64,000 nt of DNA from Thermodesulfobacteriota bacterium. Lineage in GTDB: Bacteria; Desulfobacterota_D; UBA1144; Nemesobacterales; UBA2774. The stretch spans positions 1,152,001-1,216,000 of the forward strand of contig OZ244197.1 in assembly GCA_965216785.1 (NCBI GenBank), written 5' to 3'. The notes under the pieces are model-generated. The model was given only the letters and a program-made list of their open reading frames with translations. It ran no database searches and was not told where the DNA came from. Positions 1-7,211 of the stretch are shown here, in pieces. The number at the start of each line of letters is the position of its first letter. Position 1 is the stretch's first letter. The translations under genes and the position numbers were made by a program.

Positions 1-352
1 GTAATGTTACAATTTTGATCCCTTTTTTTATCAGTTTTATAAACAATGGTAAGGCGTCTAAGACTTTTTCACGTGACAGCCTATCTAGATGTTCAACTAT
101 TAATACTGAACCTTTAGGAATCTCACCTTTATCAACCAAGTCAATAAATTCTTTAAGGGCACCGTAATGTCTGTTAAAACCTTTATATCCAGATTTTCCA
201 AGGTCTTTGAATTTTTGACTTTCATCGAGTGTTAATTCATGTTCTCTAGCATAATCTTCTGCCTCTTTTTCTTGTCGTCTTAGAGAATCCCCTTTCTCCT
301 GTTCAGGTGTTGAGAAACGTATGTAACTGTATGCTCTTGGCTTATTATCCAT
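1..352 (-). CDS. Serine recombinase (recombinase family, probably a large serine integrase); 5' part only, runs off the window
   Basis: Not in the ORF track. Manual translation from ATG at 352 gives MDNKPRAYSYIRFSTPEQEKGDSLRRQ...LIVEHLDRLSR, with the serine-recombinase YxRxS catalytic motif and the DRLSR motif. Confidence 0.9.
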   Translation of the reverse strand, partial: MDNKPRAYSYIRFSTPEQEKGDSLRRQEKEAEDYAREHELTLDESQKFKDLGKSGYKGFNRHYGALKEFIDLVDKGEIPKGSVLIVEHLDRLSREKVLDALPLFIKLIKKGIKIVTL

Positions 353-611
353 ATTTATTCAGAAATACTGCTTTATATATAGGCTTAATATAACTGTTTT
401 GACCACCGAATCCTCTACGATCTTATACTAATTTATCCTTATGTGTGTTTTAATTGAATCCCGCTTAGAACAACAAAGTATTTTCTAATATACAAGATTA
501 TATTCTCTTCTCTTATTATTAACTAGACTAACGTTTCAGATGACAAAACGTCAGCATATTATGCTATTTGATAGAAAATGTAGATTATCTATAAAATATT
601 TTGGGGTTATT

Positions 612-702
612 GATAACATGACGCCTCAGGAGTATGCGAAAAAAAAACACAAAAAACCCATAAATCTCTAATTTACACGGTACAGCTTTTGGGTGAGGCT
701 CA
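612..702 (+). mobile_element. IS3-family relic: transposase C-terminal stub plus right end
   Basis: DNMTPQEYAK resembles the IS3 OrfB C-terminal 'TPxEY/F' motif. It is followed by ...ctctaatttacacggtacagcttttgggtgaggctCA, an IS3-like right end finishing in CA. Confidence 0.6.
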
Positions 703-709
703 TTCTCTC

Positions 710-755
710 AAAAATCGAACTTATACTTTGGTCCTATTATAGGGGGGGCAGGTCA
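710..755 (+). mobile_element. Second IS3-family (IS407-group-like) right inverted repeat
   Basis: Ends in GGGGGGGCAGGTCA, the reverse complement of TGACCTGCCCCC, which is a typical IS407-group terminus. It directly abuts a truncated gene. Confidence 0.65.
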
Positions 756-756
756 C

Positions 757-879
757 AAATGGCTGCGAGGTCATGACCAAGCCGCCGCTGTCAAGGAAGA
801 TATCCCAGACCCAGATGAGCTGAAGACCGACATCGACGCATTAGAAACGTGGGTCGATGAAATAAGGAAACGGCGATGA
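757..879 (+). pseudogene. 3' remnant of a gene truncated at the IS end (resembles the C-terminus of AAA-family ATPases seen in defence islands)
   Basis: Open frame KWLRGHDQAAAVKEDIPDPDELKTDIDALETWVDEIRKRR* begins right after the IS end, with no start codon. The family call is from recollection only. Confidence 0.5.
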
Positions 880-1027
880 TAATTATCTGTGGCTCTAGCT
901 TTATATAGAAATAATAGACGATCTACAAATCCGTATATGAATTTATATTTTTAAAGCCCCTTGAATTCCTTGCTCATTTTTTCAATTCACACAATCTCAG
1001 TGTATTATCTGATATTAAAATGAAACT

Positions 1028-2512
1028 ATGAACACGCCTATAACGGCTTCGATGCTCTATGACTTTTTATCTTGTCCCCACCGGGTTACAAATGACTTGT
1101 TTGAAGACCCGTTAAAGCGGGACAAACCAAATCCCTTTGTGCAACTTCTCTGGGAAAAAGGAACCCTCTACGAAAAAGAGGTCATGGAGAACCTAGAGAT
1201 TCCCTTTCTCGATCTTTCCGTATTTAAAGAGGAGGAAAAAGAACGGCTGACGCTCGATGCCATGGAGTGCGGTGAGCCGTTAATCTATAGTGGGCGTATT
1301 CAAGACGGTGACCTTCTTGGCATACCAGATTTACTCAGAAAAGAAGATGGAGGGTATATTGCCGGTGATATTAAATCCGGTGCCGGAGAAGAAGGACCAG
1401 AAGACCTTTCAAAACCTAAAAAACATTATGCCGTACAGCTCGCTCTTTACACGGATATCCTAGAGCTTAAAGGGTTGTCGGCAGGCCGCCGTGCGTTTGT
1501 CTGGGATATCCACGGCAAAGAAGTGATATATGATTTCACAGAAATTTTAGGCAAAAGGAATCCAAGAACTTTGTGGCAGGACTATGAAGATTGCCTGGCA
1601 GAGGTCAGGTCTATAGTTGAGAAAAAAAATACGACTCTGCCCGCTTACAGCAGCGCCTGCAAATTATGTCATTGGAATTCCACTTGTACAGACCAGCTGA
1701 CAAAAGACAATGACCTGACACTGATCCCAGAATTAGGGCGGTCAAGGCGTGATTCCATGCTTGATCACTTAGCCACAATGACTGACCTTGCCAGATCAAA
1801 TCTCACATCATTCATACAAGGTAAAAAAACGATTTTTCCTGGCATTGGACCTGGTTCTCTACAAAAATTTTATGAGCGGGCCAAGCTACAAATTTCGGAG
1901 AACCCAATACCGATAATTCGTGACAGCATCGGCTTTACAGATCATGAGTTAGAGCTGTTCTTTGATATTGAGGTCGATCCCATGCGGGATATCTGTTACC
2001 TGCACGGCTTTGTTGAGCGCCGAAATTATGATATATCAACGGAAAAATTTGTCTCTTTCTTCGCAGATGATGTATCCCCGGAATCCGAAAAAGCCACATT
2101 CGCTCAGGCGTGGGACTACATTCAGAACAACAGACCGTGCGCGATTTACTACTATTCAAAATATGAACGCACAATTTATCGCAAACTTCAGGAAAAATAT
2201 CCTGATATTTGCAGTGCGCAAGACATTGAAGAGCTTTTTGATCCGTCCCATGCGATCGATCTTTATAATGATATTGTTAGAAAGTACACGGAGTGGCCGA
2301 CTAAAGATTACTCAATAAAAACATTGGCCACCTTTCTTGGATTTAAATGGCGGGATACGCACCCATCAGGCGCGGCTTCTATTGAATGGTTCGACCGATG
2401 GGTCAAAACCGCCGATCCTGACGTGCGCCAGCGCATCCTTGATTACAATGAGGATGATTGTATCGCAACACGCATATTGCTGGACGGGATCAGACAATTA
2501 GTTCAACCGTGA
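1028..2512 (+). CDS. TM0106-family RecB-like nuclease with a C-terminal RNase H-like domain
   Basis: PD-(D/E)xK motif (PDLL...GDIK, QLALY), Cys cluster (C..CKLC..C), and C-terminal FFDIE...YNEDDC. Confidence 0.9.
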   Translation: MNTPITASMLYDFLSCPHRVTNDLFEDPLKRDKPNPFVQLLWEKGTLYEKEVMENLEIPFLDLSVFKEEEKERLTLDAMECGEPLIYSGRIQDGDLLGIPDLLRKEDGGYIAGDIKSGAGEEGPEDLSKPKKHYAVQLALYTDILELKGLSAGRRAFVWDIHGKEVIYDFTEILGKRNPRTLWQDYEDCLAEVRSIVEKKNTTLPAYSSACKLCHWNSTCTDQLTKDNDLTLIPELGRSRRDSMLDHLATMTDLARSNLTSFIQGKKTIFPGIGPGSLQKFYERAKLQISENPIPIIRDSIGFTDHELELFFDIEVDPMRDICYLHGFVERRNYDISTEKFVSFFADDVSPESEKATFAQAWDYIQNNRPCAIYYYSKYERTIYRKLQEKYPDICSAQDIEELFDPSHAIDLYNDIVRKYTEWPTKDYSIKTLATFLGFKWRDTHPSGAASIEWFDRWVKTADPDVRQRILDYNEDDCIATRILLDGIRQLVQP

Positions 2513-2725
2513 AGCATAGTTATATTTGACATGCTTGTTTATAAAACTGTTCAGTCCCATTCCGGCTATAGCCAAGTCTTTCATTTGTTCAATGTTGCTA
2601 CTTCCCGCACTTTGATAGGTATATAAATAGACTGACCTATCATTAAACTCGACCTTTATAAAATCAGTGCCGATTTCATAAGCTGCGACTCCGGAATCCC
2701 CTCCCAGGTTTTTGTAATGTGTCAT
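2498..2725 (-). CDS. Small KTSC-like protein
   Basis: SGVAAYEIG...IKVEF.DRSVYLY...GLNSFIN pattern. ATG at 2725 follows an AAAGGAG ribosome-binding site (RBS). Confidence 0.65.
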   Translation of the reverse strand: MTHYKNLGGDSGVAAYEIGTDFIKVEFNDRSVYLYTYQSAGSSNIEQMKDLAIAGMGLNSFINKHVKYNYASRLN

Positions 2726-2794
2726 GTATATTTCTCCTTTTCGGGTCATTCAGTCCCGAAATTAGTTTTTATTGCACGCTCCTGTGAATATCGC

Positions 2795-3079
2795 TCATAG
2801 TGGACATTGATCTAACGATAGCAAATTGTTGTTCCACTCTCCGTCCGCGTATGTACGAAGATACGGTGCTCTTCCAGCCGGACGCACTATTCCCACATCG
2901 GAGCGCTTCCCAGTTTGTGGGTCGGTCACATAAAACGTATTCGTCTTCGCCTCGATGCTGGCGATTACCTGCTCGCGGCTCCATATCCACCCGGTGACCG
3001 GATTGCCCAAATGAGTTATATGCTCATGTGGGCTCTGTGTATTTGGTTTGGTGATACAAGTCACTTTAACATCAGCCAT
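2795..3079 (-). CDS. DUF3892 domain protein
   Basis: VTCITK...HEHITHLG...PYLRTYADGEWNNNLLSL.C signature. RBS GAGGAG upstream. Confidence 0.85.
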   Translation of the reverse strand: MADVKVTCITKPNTQSPHEHITHLGNPVTGWIWSREQVIASIEAKTNTFYVTDPQTGKRSDVGIVRPAGRAPYLRTYADGEWNNNLLSLDQCPL

Positions 3080-3182
3080 ATTTTTCTCCTCGGGCCAGCA
3101 ACGTCTTCAGATATCGGCCCTTCATTATTTTTTTACGGACGCTATGCCCGTTTTGGGAATTTTACATTTACCCTTAGTTATT

Positions 3183-3267
3183 AAATGCTCATTTTTGGCT
3201 TATCATTGACATTGGGGTAAAAATATTTGTGTCTGTCTTGTCAATGACCGTTCTGAAACGAGCATTT
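3183..3267. promoter_or_regulatory. Symmetric operator/promoter region between divergent operons
   Basis: Two nested inverted repeats share one dyad axis at 3225: AAATGCTC (3183-3190)/GAGCATTT (3260-3267) and TCATTGACA (3203-3211)/TGTCAATGA (3239-3247). Confidence 0.6.
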
Positions 3268-3310
3268 TAATTTATGGGGCTGTGGATGTTAAAATGTTCA
3301 GAGGGCTTGA

Positions 3311-3922
3311 ATGACGAATGAACCTTCACGCCGCGTACCGAAAGAAGCGGCGGCAACACGTGCGGAGATTGAGGCAGAGATTGAGGCGCTCACTGACGAT
3401 CACTGGGTCAGATTGAAGCACTCTGCGGATATATATGTATATAAATTGGGCTGGAAAGCCGATGGTAGAACGGGCGACGACCTCATGCAGACGGCGCTAA
3501 TACAACTCCTAGAAGACACACGGCGGTGGAATAAAAATAAAGTCGATTTTTTTCAATTTCTGATCTGGGCCATGAGAAGCATATCGAGCAACTGGGCAAA
3601 TACTTACAAAAAGGATAAAACTCCCGTTTTGGAAGCTGATCTTCGACGAGAAAACAAAGAAGGTAAAACTTTCAGCCCGCTTGATCATGAACATGATCAC
3701 ACTCCAAACCCCGAAAACCAGCTGATCAACAGGCAAATACTCAAAAAGATTGATGGTTTATTCAATGACGATGATAGAGCGCAGATGGTATTGGAGGCAT
3801 GGAAGGAGGGATGTGACCATGCCGGTGTGCGTGAGCTTTGGGACCTATCCCAGAATGAGTACAATACAATCGTGCGCAGAATTCGCCGGAGATTAATTAC
3901 TGCCGGTATCACGCCCGACTAA
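3311..3922 (+). CDS. ECF-type sigma-70-like factor
   Basis: Sigma2-like DDLMQTALIQLLE...FFQFLIWAMRSISSN and a C-terminal sigma4-like HTH (VRELWDLSQNEYNTIVRRIRRRL). 203 aa. Confidence 0.7.
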   Translation: MTNEPSRRVPKEAAATRAEIEAEIEALTDDHWVRLKHSADIYVYKLGWKADGRTGDDLMQTALIQLLEDTRRWNKNKVDFFQFLIWAMRSISSNWANTYKKDKTPVLEADLRRENKEGKTFSPLDHEHDHTPNPENQLINRQILKKIDGLFNDDDRAQMVLEAWKEGCDHAGVRELWDLSQNEYNTIVRRIRRRLITAGITPD

Positions 3923-3939
3923 GCTACAGGGGAGAAACA

Positions 3940-4389
3940 ATGCCTAAAGATAGGACTGACGAGGAAAAATTAAATGCTCTCATCGATGCTCTCGGTGACT
4001 CTGTTCTTGAGGCAAGAAATGATGAAATCCTCGAAGAGTTTCGCATGAGCGGGATTGATGTGGATGAGGAACCAGCACGCCTGAAAAAAATGATGCTGGA
4101 GACGGTCAAAGTGTTTGGCCAACGCTCCCTGAAAGCTGCCCGTGCAGCTTATGATCGAGAAATCGAACAAATGGAGAAAAAGCCGTATACAATTCCGGAA
4201 ACGGCACCAGAGCGTCGAAAACTATTCACTTTATTTACAAAGAATCCACGATTTGATCAATTTGTTACTGCCCAATACCGCAACTTGGAGGAACTTACCG
4301 ACAACGACATCAAAACCTATCTGGAAGATCTTGCCGAGCTGGGCATACTGCAAGAACTTGAACCTGAAGAACCCGATGGAAAAGAGTAA
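3940..4389 (+). CDS. Hypothetical acidic helical protein (candidate anti-sigma or peptidase substrate)
   Basis: Good RBS (GGGGAG). Lies between the sigma-like gene and the peptidase and overlaps the peptidase start. Confidence 0.7.
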   Translation: MPKDRTDEEKLNALIDALGDSVLEARNDEILEEFRMSGIDVDEEPARLKKMMLETVKVFGQRSLKAARAAYDREIEQMEKKPYTIPETAPERRKLFTLFTKNPRFDQFVTAQYRNLEELTDNDIKTYLEDLAELGILQELEPEEPDGKE

Positions 4390-5200
4390 TCATTTATTGA
4401 CTCCAGACGAGCTTTTAGACGAGCTCGGTATTACAACCGCGGATGAAATTGATATCGAGGCAATCGCTTTCCACTGTGGTGCAACGATCCGATACCGTCC
4501 GCTGACTGGTTGTGCCGCCCGTATTGTAGGAAATGGGGACAGCGCCATCATCACGGTTGATTCAGGTTCCTCCAACCGCGAAAGGCAACGTTTTTCTGCC
4601 GCCCATGAGCTTGGCCATTGGATGTATGACAGGGGTAGCATATCCTTCAGCTGCCAGGAATCACAATTCGTTGAAAAGTGGTTCCAGCACGATCCAGAAT
4701 CGCGGGCAAACAGATATGCTGGTGATCTCCTGCTCCCAGTCTCACTTTTTAAACCAGTTGCATCCACATTCAATGCAATTGATTTCGATACAGTTAAAAG
4801 TCTGGCCAGGTCGTTCGCCACGAGCTTGACTTCCACTGCGATCCGCATTGTAGAGCATGGACCGCTCCCGGCAATACTTATCTGTTACAGTGATGCGGGG
4901 CGGCAGTGGTTTGTACGCGGTTCTTACGTTCCCGATCAGCTATGGCCACCTCAAAAGCTTGAATCGGGTGCGTACGCTTATGATTTGCTTAAAGGTGGAG
5001 CGGAGCGTGAGTTTAAAGGGCAAGTTTCGGCAGAAGCTTGGTTCGATCACCCGATTGCCGAGCGTTATAACATTCAGGAACATTCTTTGCGAACAAGCTA
5101 TGGCGACGTATTATCTCTTCTTTGGTGGAAGAACGAGCAGATGTTGATAGATATTGACGAATACGAGGAAAAAAGAGCATACCGCAAGTGGGATGAGTAA
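4376..5200 (+). CDS. ImmA/IrrE-family zinc metallopeptidase
   Basis: RQRFSAAHELGH (HExxH) and E.RAN.YAGDLLLP, followed by an HTH-like segment and a C-terminal domain. Start moved to ATG 4376. Confidence 0.92.
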   Translation: MEKSNHLLTPDELLDELGITTADEIDIEAIAFHCGATIRYRPLTGCAARIVGNGDSAIITVDSGSSNRERQRFSAAHELGHWMYDRGSISFSCQESQFVEKWFQHDPESRANRYAGDLLLPVSLFKPVASTFNAIDFDTVKSLARSFATSLTSTAIRIVEHGPLPAILICYSDAGRQWFVRGSYVPDQLWPPQKLESGAYAYDLLKGGAEREFKGQVSAEAWFDHPIAERYNIQEHSLRTSYGDVLSLLWWKNEQMLIDIDEYEEKRAYRKWDE

Positions 5201-5426
5201 GCTCAAGGAACGTTTATGTGCAATAAAACTATAACTATGCGGAAGGGAGAATAAACAGAAGGAATAGAGTTTTACAGGCTGCTAAGGGCAAAGCCTCGGT
5301 TCTCCTTGTCGGCACGGAGCTGCACTGGCGAAAAGGCGATATTTACTATATGAGTTTCGGGAAAACTTCTGAATAATTGCATAGGGATATTTTACTAATC
5401 ATACTTAATAAGTATTGGATAATAAA

Positions 5427-6431
5427 ATGTCCTTGGGCAAAAACGACAAAGCCGATTTTTTAATCAGTTATACCTCTGTAAACGAAGATATCGCTGAGTG
5501 GATTGCGTGGCAGTTAGAAGAAGCTGGCTATCGTGTTGTGATCCAAAAATGGGATTTTATTCCGGGTTCAAGTTTTGTAAGAGAAATGCGCAAAGCATTG
5601 GAAATTGCTCATAGGATGATAGCCGTTATTTCTGAAGCATATTATAAATCAACATATGCCATGTCCGAATGGGATGCCGCTTTTGCTGAAGACCCGGATG
5701 GAACGAACAGAACACTGATCCCCGTTCGCATTGAAAATTTTGATGTTAGCGGACTAGCAAAGCCGCGAGTCTATATTGATATCGTCGGTTGCAATGAAGA
5801 CAAGGCAAGGCAAAAGCTTCTGGATGGTGTACAGGGAAAGCGTCTAAAACCAAGCAGCCCGCCAGCATACCCTTTTCCAGATCAGCCCGCTGATACACAG
5901 CAAGCCGGAAGGCATACACCCCGTAAGCCGCGACCAGCGATGTTCTCTACAGACACCGAGTCTGATGACGATGTCTATGTACCGCCGGTAAGGAAAACAT
6001 GGACGGATCAGGACAAGGATGTGTTTTTAAAAGGCGCTTTTGAGACTATGTATGATTATTTTGAAAAAGCGAAAGCGGCTCTGGAACGTGAACATTCGGA
6101 AATCGAAGTGAACTTGGAGCAACAAACATCACGAAAATTCGTCTGCCGACTCTACATGAACGGTTCAAAAAAGAACAGTTGTAAAATTTGGATTAGTGAG
6201 AGTTACGGTCATGGACAGATTGGATTTTCCGAAGGCTTCGCTGCCGAGTCAAGTAACGACAACAGCTACAATGAAATCCTGACTGTCCGTGAAGCGGATA
6301 ATGAACTATTTCTTTCTGCCAGTATGTTCACCTCGATCGGAGCAACATATGGCTTAGATAAAGACCGTCTGGCTCCTAAGCAGGCTGGCGAATATTTGTG
6401 GAAGCGTCTGACTGCAAGTCTTCGTTATTGA
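5427..6431 (+). CDS. TIR-domain protein with an uncharacterised C-terminal domain
   Basis: DFLISY...AEWIAWQLEEAGY...WDF.PG..F...IAVIS..Y..S.YA.SEW, with the putative catalytic Glu. A Pro-rich linker follows. Confidence 0.88.
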   Translation: MSLGKNDKADFLISYTSVNEDIAEWIAWQLEEAGYRVVIQKWDFIPGSSFVREMRKALEIAHRMIAVISEAYYKSTYAMSEWDAAFAEDPDGTNRTLIPVRIENFDVSGLAKPRVYIDIVGCNEDKARQKLLDGVQGKRLKPSSPPAYPFPDQPADTQQAGRHTPRKPRPAMFSTDTESDDDVYVPPVRKTWTDQDKDVFLKGAFETMYDYFEKAKAALEREHSEIEVNLEQQTSRKFVCRLYMNGSKKNSCKIWISESYGHGQIGFSEGFAAESSNDNSYNEILTVREADNELFLSASMFTSIGATYGLDKDRLAPKQAGEYLWKRLTASLRY

Positions 6432-6440
6432 GCAGCTTGC

Positions 6441-6968
6441 TCAGCTATTCTTATAAGGGAAGGATAGGACAATTTCAGGATTTACCGGATCGGTTGTTTG
6501 TATCTTCCAGCTTGTAATGATAAACCCGTGACGTTCATGTAATCCCCTTGTAATTTCCCCAGTTTCAACATTAAAATATGGTCGCCCTAAACCGTATTCT
6601 GTGTTTACAAGAGCAAGCAACATTTTATCTTGTACGAAAACAAGCTCTCCCGGTCTGGGGTCAGCATAATAAAACGTCTTCGTGTTTTCGAGCTTTATTG
6701 AAGGAGCAAGCTGTAGCTGTGTGTGTAGATCAAAAACAGGTTGGCCACTTAGGACCGAAGGATTATATATAAAGGGGCTGGAAACCTTTCCGGAAGGATG
6801 TGGCAATGGTCCCAAGACAACAATAAGATCGGATTTTGTCTCATCGGTTTTTTGGTCAAAGCCTTTAGCTCCGTAAAAGTTTTCTGATGCCCCTAACGAG
6901 GCCATAAAAATATTTGTGTATTCAATATCTTCGAATGATTGTACATTACCAAATCTTTGCAAATTCAT
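6441..6968 (-). CDS. Hypothetical protein
   Basis: 175-aa ORF filling the gap between the TIR and RM genes. No recognised motif. Confidence 0.55.
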   Translation of the reverse strand: MNLQRFGNVQSFEDIEYTNIFMASLGASENFYGAKGFDQKTDETKSDLIVVLGPLPHPSGKVSSPFIYNPSVLSGQPVFDLHTQLQLAPSIKLENTKTFYYADPRPGELVFVQDKMLLALVNTEYGLGRPYFNVETGEITRGLHERHGFIITSWKIQTTDPVNPEIVLSFPYKNS

Positions 6969-7057
6969 GATTGTAGCTTACCATTTTTATGGATATAGGA
7001 ATGTACTAGACAATCGTCTCACCCGACAAATACAGTGTTAAATTTTGACTAGTGACA

Positions 7058-7085
7058 ACTTCCGATAAGAAAGCTTATGCAAACT
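7058..7085 (+). other. dif-like (Xer) recombination site
   Basis: ACTTCCGATAA-GAAAGC-TTATGCAAACT has the 11-6-11 layout. It is close to B. subtilis dif ACTTCCTAGAA-TATATA-TTATGTAAACT. Confidence 0.55.
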
Positions 7086-7211
7086 CGTATATCGTATACC
7101 CCGCCCTCTAATTTTAAAATTTAAAATATTTTCGCATCCTCACGACTTTCTAAAATCTTTCAAATCAGTATTCTGATAGTATTTATTCTTAAAAGGAGCC
7201 GCCTATTTTTT

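Noticed and set aside
4142-4375. ORF-track 5' extension of the peptidase (352 aa)
   Set aside because: It overlaps the 149-aa gene in another frame and reads as non-protein-like. ATG 4376 gives a normal-length, coupled gene.
4390-4848. 152-aa antisense ORF, representative of many shadow ORFs (e.g. 18890-19390, 21047-21553, 51604-52044, 54602-55015)
   Set aside because: They lie opposite or within well-supported genes and have no motifs or RBS.
5205-5245. Possible second dif-like site (minus strand CTTCCGCATAG-TTATAG-TTTTATTGCAC)
   Set aside because: The XerD-side arm is a poor match, too weak to call.
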